DNA of 64,000 bases from a virus. Location: positions 32,001-96,000 of IMG/VR virus record IMGVR_UViG_3300046779_001269; one strand, 5' to 3'. The position numbers were made by a program, and so were the translations under genes. This document shows positions 9,844 to 15,763 of the stretch, in pieces; position 1 is the first letter of the stretch; each line of letters opens with the position of its first letter. A model generated the notes under the pieces. It made no database searches and had not been told where the DNA came from. It saw only the letters and a program-made list of their open reading frames with translations.

Positions 9844-9908
9844 TGGAGCGGGAAACAAGATTCTCACTTGTATATTGGGTGGACCCCAACATTGTTAAAA
9901 ACTCCCGC
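9844..9908 (-). ncRNA. D-armless tRNA-Gly(TCC)-like RNA, 65 nt
   Basis: GCGGGAG/TTCCCGC-T-CCA acceptor, anticodon arm with TCC, T-arm ACAAG-TGAGAAT-CTTGT, no D stem. Confidence 0.7.
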
Positions 9909-9917
9909 ATATACTCT

Positions 9918-10017
9918 ATATAGAAACACACTAACCGTTATACAAAGCCTTCTGTATAACACGGAGGAATAAATTCCTGCTTATCCGTTAAACTGTCATT
10001 AATGTGTTTTTATATGG
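9918..10017 (-). ncRNA. tRNA-trailer RNA closed by ATATAAAAACACA/TGTGTTTCTATAT stem (copy 1)
   Basis: Terminal complement shared with 12450..12569; two internal hairpins. Confidence 0.55.
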
Positions 10018-10088
10018 AGCGGGATAAGAGAATCGAACTCTTAACCGAAGATTGGAAATCTGCTGTTTTACCATTAAACTAATCCCGC
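10015..10088 (-). tRNA. tRNA-Gly(TCC)
   Basis: Cloverleaf, TCC, U73, CCA. Confidence 0.92.
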
Positions 10089-10092
10089 ATAT

Positions 10093-10978
10093 TGGCGCAC
10101 TGAGATTACATGCTGCCCATTGACACCTCATTCATTATAGTAAGCCTTGCGAGCCTACCTTCGCATGATATCCACCACAACTGTATTGCTACATATTGCA
10201 GTCTGTCAACAACATCGCCGTTTTGAAAGTCAGGCACTAGACTTGTCGCCATAAACTACTCTACGCTTTCTACCCCGTTGACCTTGCGAGCCATTCACAG
10301 TCGCTAAACCGTTACGAAACTTCTTGCATAAACTATCGTCACCTTGCGAGCTTCAATAGACTTGATTGTGTTACCACTCAAGTATTAGATGTTTTTCATC
10401 TATGACCGTGTCAGTCTTTGCGTTTTATTGTTAGAAGGAGTCGAACCTTCAGTCTATTTCTTGAAATGAAATTGGCCTACCATTAGCCTATAACTGAACC
10501 TACTGCGATGTGCTGACACAGTTGCTGCATACTCTTTTGGAATACACAATACAACACACCACGTACCTTTTGTCTTGCGAACTACTCAGTCGTCTTTCAC
10601 GATTAGTGTGACCCCGCCGATTTCTCGACAGCCCCAGTAACCATTCAAACTGCATACGAGCCCTTGACTGCAACATCTCGGACAAATACGCTACCCTTTC
10701 TCATACTGACTGGCAAGTTAGTGTTGTTGTGAGACTCAGCACCACCTGTTAGTTCTCTGTCTGCCTGTCTTACCCTCACGGGAACATAAACAGACATTCT
10801 TTCCACAACTCTTGCTTCCTCATTACATCCACCCGTCTTATAAGTGAACGACACCTCACGGTGTTGAGCAGGCTTGTTTAGATAGACTATTTCTAGCGGA
10901 GTTATGTAGGCATACCTCCTTTGGGTGACTCACGCCACTTATCTTAATGATGCTAAACCACCATTTGTTTTTCAACAT
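10093..10978 (-). ncRNA. large structured ncRNA, GOLLD-like
   Basis: ~880 nt, no credible ORF, own consensus promoter, inside a phage tRNA array, repeated GCUCGCAAGG hairpin units, embedded tRNA-like domain, ends GUAAUCUCAGUGCGCCA. Confidence 0.7.
10427..10497 (-). ncRNA. tRNA-Glu(TTC)-like domain embedded in the large ncRNA
   Basis: D arm GGCT/GGCC, anticodon arm ATTTC-ATTTCAA-GAAAT, T arm GAAGG-TTCGACT-CCTTC; only a 4-bp acceptor and no CCA. Confidence 0.65.
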
Positions 10979-10984
10979 GTATGT

Positions 10985-11013
10985 ATTGTATCAGAACCGA
11001 AGTGTCTTGTCAA
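10985..11013 (-). promoter_or_regulatory. sigma70 promoter TTGACA-17-TACAAT for the large ncRNA
   Basis: Near-consensus hexamers and spacing. Confidence 0.8.
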
Positions 11014-11078
11014 CACTTATTGTGGTATATTTACAACACACACATAAAATTTTTATTTGTAGAGTTAATACAAAAATC

Positions 11079-11152
11079 TGGTGCCCCTAGAGAGAATCGA
11101 ACTCCCGTCCTCGGATTACAAAACCGATGTTCTACCATTTAACTACAGGGGC
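11079..11152 (-). tRNA. tRNA-Thr(TGT)
   Basis: Cloverleaf, TGT, CCA. Confidence 0.9.
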
Positions 11153-11157
11153 AAATT

Positions 11158-11231
11158 TGGAGCGGGTAGCGAGAATCGAACTCGCAAATAAACCTTGGCA
11201 AGGTTTCAGGTTACCTTTACATCATACCCGC
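11158..11231 (-). tRNA. tRNA-Gly(GCC)
   Basis: Cloverleaf, GCC, CCA. Confidence 0.92.
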
Positions 11232-11240
11232 AATTTGTTT

Positions 11241-11269
11241 ATTATATATGCTTTACAATCACTTGTCAA
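11241..11269 (-). promoter_or_regulatory. sigma70 promoter TTGACA-17-TATAAT
   Basis: Perfect consensus upstream of tRNA-Gly(GCC). Confidence 0.8.
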
Positions 11270-11290
11270 GCACTCCTAGAAAATATTTTT

Positions 11291-11376
11291 TGGTGCGGGT
11301 AGCCGGACTCGAACCAGCACGCCATAAGGCGGGAGATTTTAAGTCTCCTGTGTACTACCAATTTCACCATACCCGC
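11291..11376 (-). tRNA. tRNA-Leu(TAA)
   Basis: Cloverleaf with long variable arm, TAA, CCA. Confidence 0.92.
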
Positions 11377-11379
11377 ACA

Positions 11380-11952
11380 TTACATTGTTGGTCCGTTTCC
11401 GTTTTTGAAACCGACTTCACCACCTTCATCTTTGATTCGTTTGATAACATCTTCAAAAAGAATAGGACGAAAATCTGTTTGTTCAACGCAAACACAATGA
11501 TATCTCACATCAACCTTAGAATTTTTAACACCTGTCATCACACGACCAGTATGAAGGTGACCGTGAATGTTAGTACCAAAACGACCAAGACTGGCTTCGT
11601 GAATTGGAATATGTGAAAGAATCATTCCGTTCATTACATGATATGCACGAAGTTCACGGAAGTGTTCTCTATATTCTTCATCACGGAAGATATCATGGTT
11701 ACCACGAATAAGAACCTTATCGCCGTTAAGTCTATGCATAATGCTAAGTGCTTTACGGTTGATAACTACATCACCAAGGTGATATACTTTATCATTTGGT
11801 CTTACTGTTTCGTTCCAACGCTTTACCATTTCCTCATCCATTTCAGCAGGATCAGTCCATGGTCTAATCTTTTGACCTGTGGTCGAATCGGTGAACCTAC
11901 ACACACCAGCATGGCCAAAGTGTGTATCACTTACAAGAAATACTGCTGGCAT
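11380..11952 (-). CDS. calcineurin-like metallophosphoesterase
   Basis: SDTHFGH, HLGDV, RGNHD, HGHLH. Confidence 0.9.
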   Translation of the reverse strand: MPAVFLVSDTHFGHAGVCRFTDSTTGQKIRPWTDPAEMDEEMVKRWNETVRPNDKVYHLGDVVINRKALSIMHRLNGDKVLIRGNHDIFRDEEYREHFRELRAYHVMNGMILSHIPIHEASLGRFGTNIHGHLHTGRVMTGVKNSKVDVRYHCVCVEQTDFRPILFEDVIKRIKDEGGEVGFKNGNGPTM

Positions 11953-11968
11953 AATGTCTCCTAAAAAA

Positions 11969-12043
11969 TGGTCCGGCGTGCAGGAATCGAACCCACATTA
12001 AAAGGGTAGAAGCCTTCTGTATTATCCATTATACTAACGCCAG
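11969..12043 (-). tRNA. tRNA-Arg(TCT)
   Basis: Cloverleaf, TCT, CCA. Confidence 0.9.
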
Positions 12044-12049
12044 AATGTT

Positions 12050-12126
12050 TGGTGCCCTAGGAGGGACTCGAACCCTCAGAACCTGGTTTCTAAGACCAGT
12101 ACGTATACCAATTCCGTCACCAGGGC
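12050..12126 (-). tRNA. tRNA-Leu(TAG), short variable loop
   Basis: Cloverleaf, TAG, 77 nt, CCA. Confidence 0.88.
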
Positions 12127-12298
12127 AAAAAATAAATAATCTTATGTCAGAATTCAAATCAGCAGAACCTAATCTTTGGCGATATGCCGCAACTCAACCG
12201 TATAAAGATACTAAATCTTTTTCGTGTGAGAAGGATTTTACACTTTCCTTTCCAAAAAGGCAAGTGGTTCCGTTTGAACGAACTGAAATAAAACAACT

Positions 12299-12372
12299 TG
12301 GTGCTCCAAGAAAGAATCGAACTTTCATTTAATCCTTACCATGGATTTGTTCTGCCATTAAACTATAGGAGC
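12299..12372 (-). tRNA. tRNA-Thr(GGT)
   Basis: Cloverleaf, GGT, CCA. Confidence 0.9.
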
Positions 12373-12376
12373 AAAG

Positions 12377-12451
12377 TGGTGGGTCATCAGAGAATCAAAC
12401 TCTGTTCTTCCGGTTAAGAGCCGGTTGCTTCATCACTTAAGCTTATAACCC
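12377..12451 (-). tRNA. tRNA-Lys(CTT)
   Basis: Cloverleaf, CTT, CCA. Confidence 0.88.
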
Positions 12452-12569
12452 ATATAGAAACACACTGTACCTCTGCCGTGATTACGCCGATATCTAACGC
12501 ATCTGCGGACAACATATGATTACTTTTCTAGAATTTTCATCTTTTCAGATATAATGTGTTTTTATATGG
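12450..12569 (-). ncRNA. tRNA-trailer RNA closed by CCATATAAAAACACA/TGTGTTTCTATATGG stem (copy 2)
   Basis: Terminal complement; same stem as copy 1. Confidence 0.55.
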
Positions 12570-12643
12570 TACCCAAGGTGGGATTCGAGCCCACAAAAAC
12601 ATGTGTTTGAGACATGCACGTTTACCTATTTCGTCACTTGGGC
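12567..12643 (-). tRNA. tRNA-Leu(CAA), short variable loop
   Basis: Cloverleaf, CAA, 77 nt, CCA. Confidence 0.85.
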
Positions 12644-12646
12644 ATT

Positions 12647-12722
12647 TGGTGCAACCTACAGGAATCGAACCTGTTTCAACGGCTCTTCAGACCGCCGCTA
12701 TGACCACATCAGCTAAAGTTGC
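12647..12722 (-). tRNA. tRNA-Phe(GAA)
   Basis: Cloverleaf, GAA, CCA. Confidence 0.92.
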
Positions 12723-12730
12723 ATATTGAA

Positions 12731-12927
12731 TTTGTAAGTTGTGCCACCATCGTTATTGACACCATTCACCCAAGTATATAAAGCCGGCTGGGACTCGGTA
12801 CGTTATTACAGTTACTCATCCAACGTGTCTATATTTTGTACAGAGGTTTTGCGCCTCCCGTTGTTTACCTCCTCTTTGGCTGGCCAGCTACTTGAATCGG
12901 TGACTTTCACTTACTAACACTTACAAA
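12731..12927 (-). ncRNA. unassigned ~200-nt structured RNA
   Basis: Nested pairings TTTGTAAGT/ACTTACAAA, GTCACC/GGTGGC, TTCAAGTA/TACTTGGG, AGCTGGC/GCCGGCT; non-coding, between tRNAs. Confidence 0.55.
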
Positions 12928-12930
12928 AAT

Positions 12931-13005
12931 TGGTGCATCGTGAGAGGATTGAACTCCCGACCTTCGCCTTGTAAGGGCGCAGCTCTACCGCTGAGCTAAC
13001 GATGC
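12931..13005 (-). tRNA. tRNA-Val(TAC)
   Basis: Cloverleaf, TAC, CCA. Confidence 0.92.
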
Positions 13006-13015
13006 AAATTTACTT

Positions 13016-13090
13016 TGGGGAGACATACGAGAATCGAACTCGTGATAACGGAATCACAACCCGTGGTTTTACCACTAAACTAATGTCTCC
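13016..13090 (-). tRNA. tRNA-His(GTG)
   Basis: Cloverleaf, GTG, encoded G-1:C73, CCA. Confidence 0.92.
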
Positions 13091-13123
13091 CCAAAGCAAA
13101 CTTAATTACTTTGGGGGTCTGTA

Positions 13124-13621
13124 TTAACCTGCAATAGCTTCTTGCTCTGCCAGAATTCTTTTCAATCTGTCAGCACAGAAACTTGCAGCAGGCGCATCTG
13201 GTTTAACCATAGGTGTCATGTTACATGTACCTTTGATATAACCAATCGCTTGTTGCACAACACAAGAACTGCCGTGCATATCATCTTTGTTCAAGTCTAG
13301 GTGAACTTCAACATGATAATCTTCTAACACTTCAGCCAATGATTGGAACAATTCTGATACCTTATATACTTCTGTCATCAGACGCATAGCAGGTTTACTT
13401 TTCTTGTGGTCATAATCTAATTCACGGTCAACATAACCGAAAATTTTACAACCATGACGGCCATCAATATGAACTACGACAGCCAATGCATAATCAGCAT
13501 ACCAAACGCCGTTAACACGGATACGTTCAGAGTCAGCACCCAAATAAACTTTCGTATCTGGTCCTTGATTTGCAAGGAATTGTTTGACTTCTTGTATGTC
13601 GAAATTTCTCATATCAATCAC
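13124..13621 (-). CDS. RNase H-like YkuK/DUF458 family protein
   Basis: VYLGADSE, RLMTEV, EVHLDLN, KPDAPAASFCAD. Confidence 0.8.
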   Translation of the reverse strand: MIDMRNFDIQEVKQFLANQGPDTKVYLGADSERIRVNGVWYADYALAVVVHIDGRHGCKIFGYVDRELDYDHKKSKPAMRLMTEVYKVSELFQSLAEVLEDYHVEVHLDLNKDDMHGSSCVVQQAIGYIKGTCNMTPMVKPDAPAASFCADRLKRILAEQEAIAG

Positions 13622-13634
13622 CTTTCTATAAAAT

Positions 13635-13708
13635 TGGCTCCCCGCCAGGGAATCGAACCCCGTCCAAAAGTTTTGGAGACTCTTGTGCTACCGGAACACT
13701 TGCGGGAA
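13635..13708 (-). tRNA. tRNA-Trp(CCA)
   Basis: Cloverleaf, CCA anticodon, 3' CCA. Confidence 0.88.
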
Positions 13709-13715
13709 ATAAACT

Positions 13716-13789
13716 TGGTACCTTGTACAAGAATCGAACTTGTGTCTACCGGTTATCAGCCGGGTGCTCTGCCATTGAGCTAACGAGGT
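13716..13789 (-). tRNA. tRNA-Ile(GAT)
   Basis: Cloverleaf, GAT, CCA. Confidence 0.92.
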
Positions 13790-13792
13790 AAA

Positions 13793-14034
13793 ATGCTCTG
13801 ACATCCTGCGGCGGTAATTATACTTCTCAAGTCTTTCATCGTCATTTGACACATACAGGCATGACCCATACACATCATCGGATTACTTAACCATCACAGA
13901 AGCCTCCACCCGCTTCCCGACCAGGACCGTTATCGCATTGCTAGCGGCCTTTCGGTTTAAAGACTACCACCCGTGTATATCATTACACTTCTCATCCTGC
14001 GGGTCACAGTAGTGGTTGACGAGACCACACGTTC
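13793..14034 (-). ncRNA. unassigned ~240-nt structured RNA
   Basis: GC-richer non-coding spacer with GNRA-type hairpins (CCGAAAGG, CGC-TAGCAAT-GCG) and a 10-nt direct repeat CCGCAGGATG near both ends. Confidence 0.55.
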
Positions 14035-14109
14035 TGGAGGGCAATGAGAGAATCAAACTCCCGTTTCAAGGTTCGTAGCCTCGTGTATTATTCACTATAC
14101 GAATCGCCC
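14035..14109 (-). tRNA. tRNA-Arg(ACG)
   Basis: Cloverleaf, ACG, CCA. Confidence 0.88.
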
Positions 14110-14115
14110 ATAAAT

Positions 14116-14191
14116 TGGTGCAGCCAAAGGACTCGAACCTTTGCGGGAAACTAGTATACAGCGGACATGCCGCCTACCCCTCCATTACTGC
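14116..14191 (-). ncRNA. tRNA-like RNA with T arm and ACCA but non-canonical body
   Basis: GCAGT/GCTGC-A-CCA, CAAAGG-TTCGAGT-CCTTTG; no standard D or anticodon arm. Confidence 0.6.
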
Positions 14192-14197
14192 ATATCT

Positions 14198-14272
14198 TGG
14201 TGGTTCAGGTGAGAATCGAACTCACACAAGGCACCGTATGAAGATGCTGCACTGCCACTATGCTACTGAACC
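14198..14272 (-). tRNA. tRNA-Met(CAT), probably elongator
   Basis: Cloverleaf, CAT, fully paired acceptor, CCA. Confidence 0.8.
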
Positions 14273-14278
14273 GAAATT

Positions 14279-14353
14279 TGGTGGAGGCCGAGGAAATCGA
14301 ATCCTTCTAGACATTCTCCTTGCAAGGGAGAACCGCAGCCCACTGCTGCCCCC
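14279..14353 (-). tRNA. tRNA-Ala(TGC), atypical D arm
   Basis: TGC anticodon, G3:U70, A73, 4-nt D loop, CCA. Confidence 0.8.
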
Positions 14354-14402
14354 AAATAACTTACTACTTATCTCATTGTACGCCGCAAGTTAAGGCGAGA
14401 TA

Positions 14403-14478
14403 TGGTCTCCGTAGAGGGATTTGAACCCCCACTGCTTGGTCCCAAACCAAGAGCGCTACCAGGTTACGCTATACGGAG
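14403..14478 (-). tRNA. tRNA-Pro(TGG)
   Basis: Cloverleaf, TGG, CCA. Confidence 0.92.
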
Positions 14479-14483
14479 AAAAT

Positions 14484-14559
14484 TGGCTCCCTAGGTATGG
14501 ATCGAACATACGACATCCTGATTAACAGTCAGGCGCAACTACCGCTGTGCTACTAGGGA
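14484..14559 (-). tRNA. tRNA-Asn(GTT)
   Basis: Cloverleaf, GTT, CCA. Confidence 0.92.
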
Positions 14560-14644
14560 ATAAAATCTTGAAAGTTCCGATATCACCCATCGTCACTAAC
14601 AACCGTTGAGTAACCATGCATCAAAACAAGATTACTATTTGCCT

Positions 14645-14719
14645 TGGCGCCCCGTAGGGGAATCGAACCCCTGTCTTCCGATGGACAGTCGGATATAATG
14701 GCCGTTATATTAACGGGGC
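14645..14719 (-). tRNA. tRNA-Asp(GTC)
   Basis: Cloverleaf, GTC, CCA. Confidence 0.9.
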
Positions 14720-14724
14720 ATAAT

Positions 14725-14809
14725 TGGTGGAGACGGTGTGAGTCGAACACACAGTGCCAGAGGCGGCGGATTTACAGTCCACTGGGGTTACCAATTTTCC
14801 TACATCTCC
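14725..14809 (-). tRNA. tRNA-Tyr(GTA)
   Basis: Cloverleaf with variable arm, GTA, CCA. Confidence 0.92.
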
Positions 14810-14818
14810 ATAATTGTT

Positions 14819-14893
14819 TGGTAGGTCCACAGAGAATCGAACTCTGATTTACTGGTTAAAAGCCAGTTACTTTAGCCGTTAAGTTATGAACCC
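14819..14893 (-). tRNA. tRNA-Lys(TTT)
   Basis: Cloverleaf, TTT, CCA. Confidence 0.9.
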
Positions 14894-14897
14894 ATTT

Positions 14898-15022
14898 ACC
14901 ATTTGTTTTACTGACGCACTATTTGCTATGTTTCACCGGAGTAGCGGCCGCATTACCGTTTCTTAACATAGTTACATAAGGCTTGTACATGCTTCTGAGC
15001 TTACATCAGCAAAACAAATGGT
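14898..15022 (-). ncRNA. tRNA-trailer RNA closed by ~19-bp stem ACCATTTGTTTTGCTGATG/CGTCAGTAAAACAAATGGT
   Basis: Long terminal complement starting at the ACCA of tRNA-Glu. Confidence 0.55.
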
Positions 15023-15093
15023 ACACGATACGAGAATCGAACTCGTCTTTCCGCCTTGAAAGGGCAGCGTCCTAACCGATAGACGAATCGTGC
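15019..15093 (-). tRNA. tRNA-Glu(TTC)
   Basis: Cloverleaf, TTC, CCA. Confidence 0.92.
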
Positions 15094-15096
15094 ATT

Positions 15097-15182
15097 TATT
15101 AACTCTACAAATTTTTAAAGAACAAGTGTGTATTGTATCACAACCACATCTTTTGTCAACCATTGTGTTGCAAAATTACAAC
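15097..15182 (-). promoter_or_regulatory. promoter cassette: GTTG-N8-CAAC palindrome, TTGACA-16-TACAAT, boxA-like TGTTCTTTAAAA leader
   Basis: Leader duplicated at 15764..15791. Confidence 0.7.
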
Positions 15183-15188
15183 ACAACT

Positions 15189-15262
15189 TGGAGTAGGTGA
15201 CAGGAATCGAACCTGTTTCCATGGGTTTGCAATCCAGTGCCTGTCCAACTGGCTCCACCTAC
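15189..15262 (-). tRNA. tRNA-Cys(GCA)
   Basis: Cloverleaf, GCA, U73, CCA. Confidence 0.88.
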
Positions 15263-15268
15263 ATTGTT

Positions 15269-15360
15269 TGGTACCAGCGGTGAGAATCGAACTCACTCAA
15301 GAACGCTAATCTGGCGCTAAAAGGTGTATAAGACCTCTCTGACTACCAAGTCTCGCTGGC
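15269..15360 (-). tRNA. tRNA with TAT anticodon (Ile), long variable arm, 4-nt D loop
   Basis: GAGGT-CTTATAC-ACCTT anticodon arm, T arm, CCA; 92 nt. Confidence 0.75.
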
Positions 15361-15363
15361 ATT

Positions 15364-15451
15364 TGGCGGAGAGTATCGGATTCGAACCGATGCGCCGATT
15401 TCTCAACGACAGTTTAGCAAACTGCTGGTTTAACCACTCACCCAACTCTCC
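15364..15451 (-). tRNA. tRNA-Ser(GCT)
   Basis: Cloverleaf with variable arm, GCT, G73, CCA. Confidence 0.92.
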
Positions 15452-15458
15452 ATAAATT

Positions 15459-15550
15459 TGGCGGAAAGCAGAGGAGTCGAACCCCATCCCATTTCTGAGA
15501 ACCTAGTTTTCAAGGCTAGTCGCCGGACCATCCCAGCTGCATTACTTTCC
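15459..15550 (-). tRNA. tRNA-Ser(TGA)
   Basis: TGA anticodon, variable arm, G73, CCA; extended D region. Confidence 0.85.
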
Positions 15551-15558
15551 ATTAATTA

Positions 15559-15687
15559 CCATATAGAAGCACGCTACGGAATCGAACCGCCGTGCTAGCC
15601 TGCTCCCCAAAGCGATGATACATCTTTAACCCAGAACCTCAGGAGCTACCTGATTTGTTAAAGATATACTAGCGCACTTCTATATGG
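15559..15687 (-). ncRNA. tRNA-trailer RNA closed by CCATATAGAAGTGCGCTA/TAGCGTGCTTCTATATGG stem, with T-loop (copy 3)
   Basis: 18-bp terminal complement; GCGG-TTCGATT-CCGT next to the 3' strand; internal TATCTTTAAC/GTTAAAGATG. Confidence 0.6.
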
Positions 15688-15758
15688 CACCCCCACTTGG
15701 AATCAAACCAAGACTAACAAGTTCAAAGCCTGTTGTGCTATCACTACACCATGGAGGA
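15685..15758 (-). tRNA. tRNA-Gln(TTG)
   Basis: Cloverleaf, TTG, G73, CCA. Confidence 0.88.
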
Positions 15759-15763
15759 ACAAT

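Noticed and set aside
9746-9931. N-terminal extension of groES in the ORF track
   Set aside because: It overlaps tRNA-Met and the tRNA-Gly-like RNA; the GroES pattern starts at MRPLHD (9745).
10093-10978. tmRNA, RNase P RNA, group I intron or rRNA as identity of the large RNA; short ORFs 10500..10685 and 10645..10854
   Set aside because: No GGGG acceptor or terminal T arm, no GAGGAAAGUC, no interrupted gene or recognisable intron core; the ORFs are short and lack protein-like features.
12144-12332. Plus-strand ORF MSEFKSAEPNLW... after an AATAAATA motif
   Set aside because: It runs antisense into tRNA-Thr(GGT), has no clear RBS or recognisable homology, and cannot be supported, though the 170-nt spacer remains unexplained.
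14357-14402. Theta (HDV-like) or twister ribozyme call
   Set aside because: P2/P4 and the catalytic J4/2 segment cannot be assigned and the element is too short; kept only as a pseudoknot.
9918-15687. CRISPR array interpretation of the repeated ATATAGAAACACA-type elements
   Set aside because: They are inverted terminal stems separated by kilobases, not regularly spaced direct repeats; no cas genes are present.
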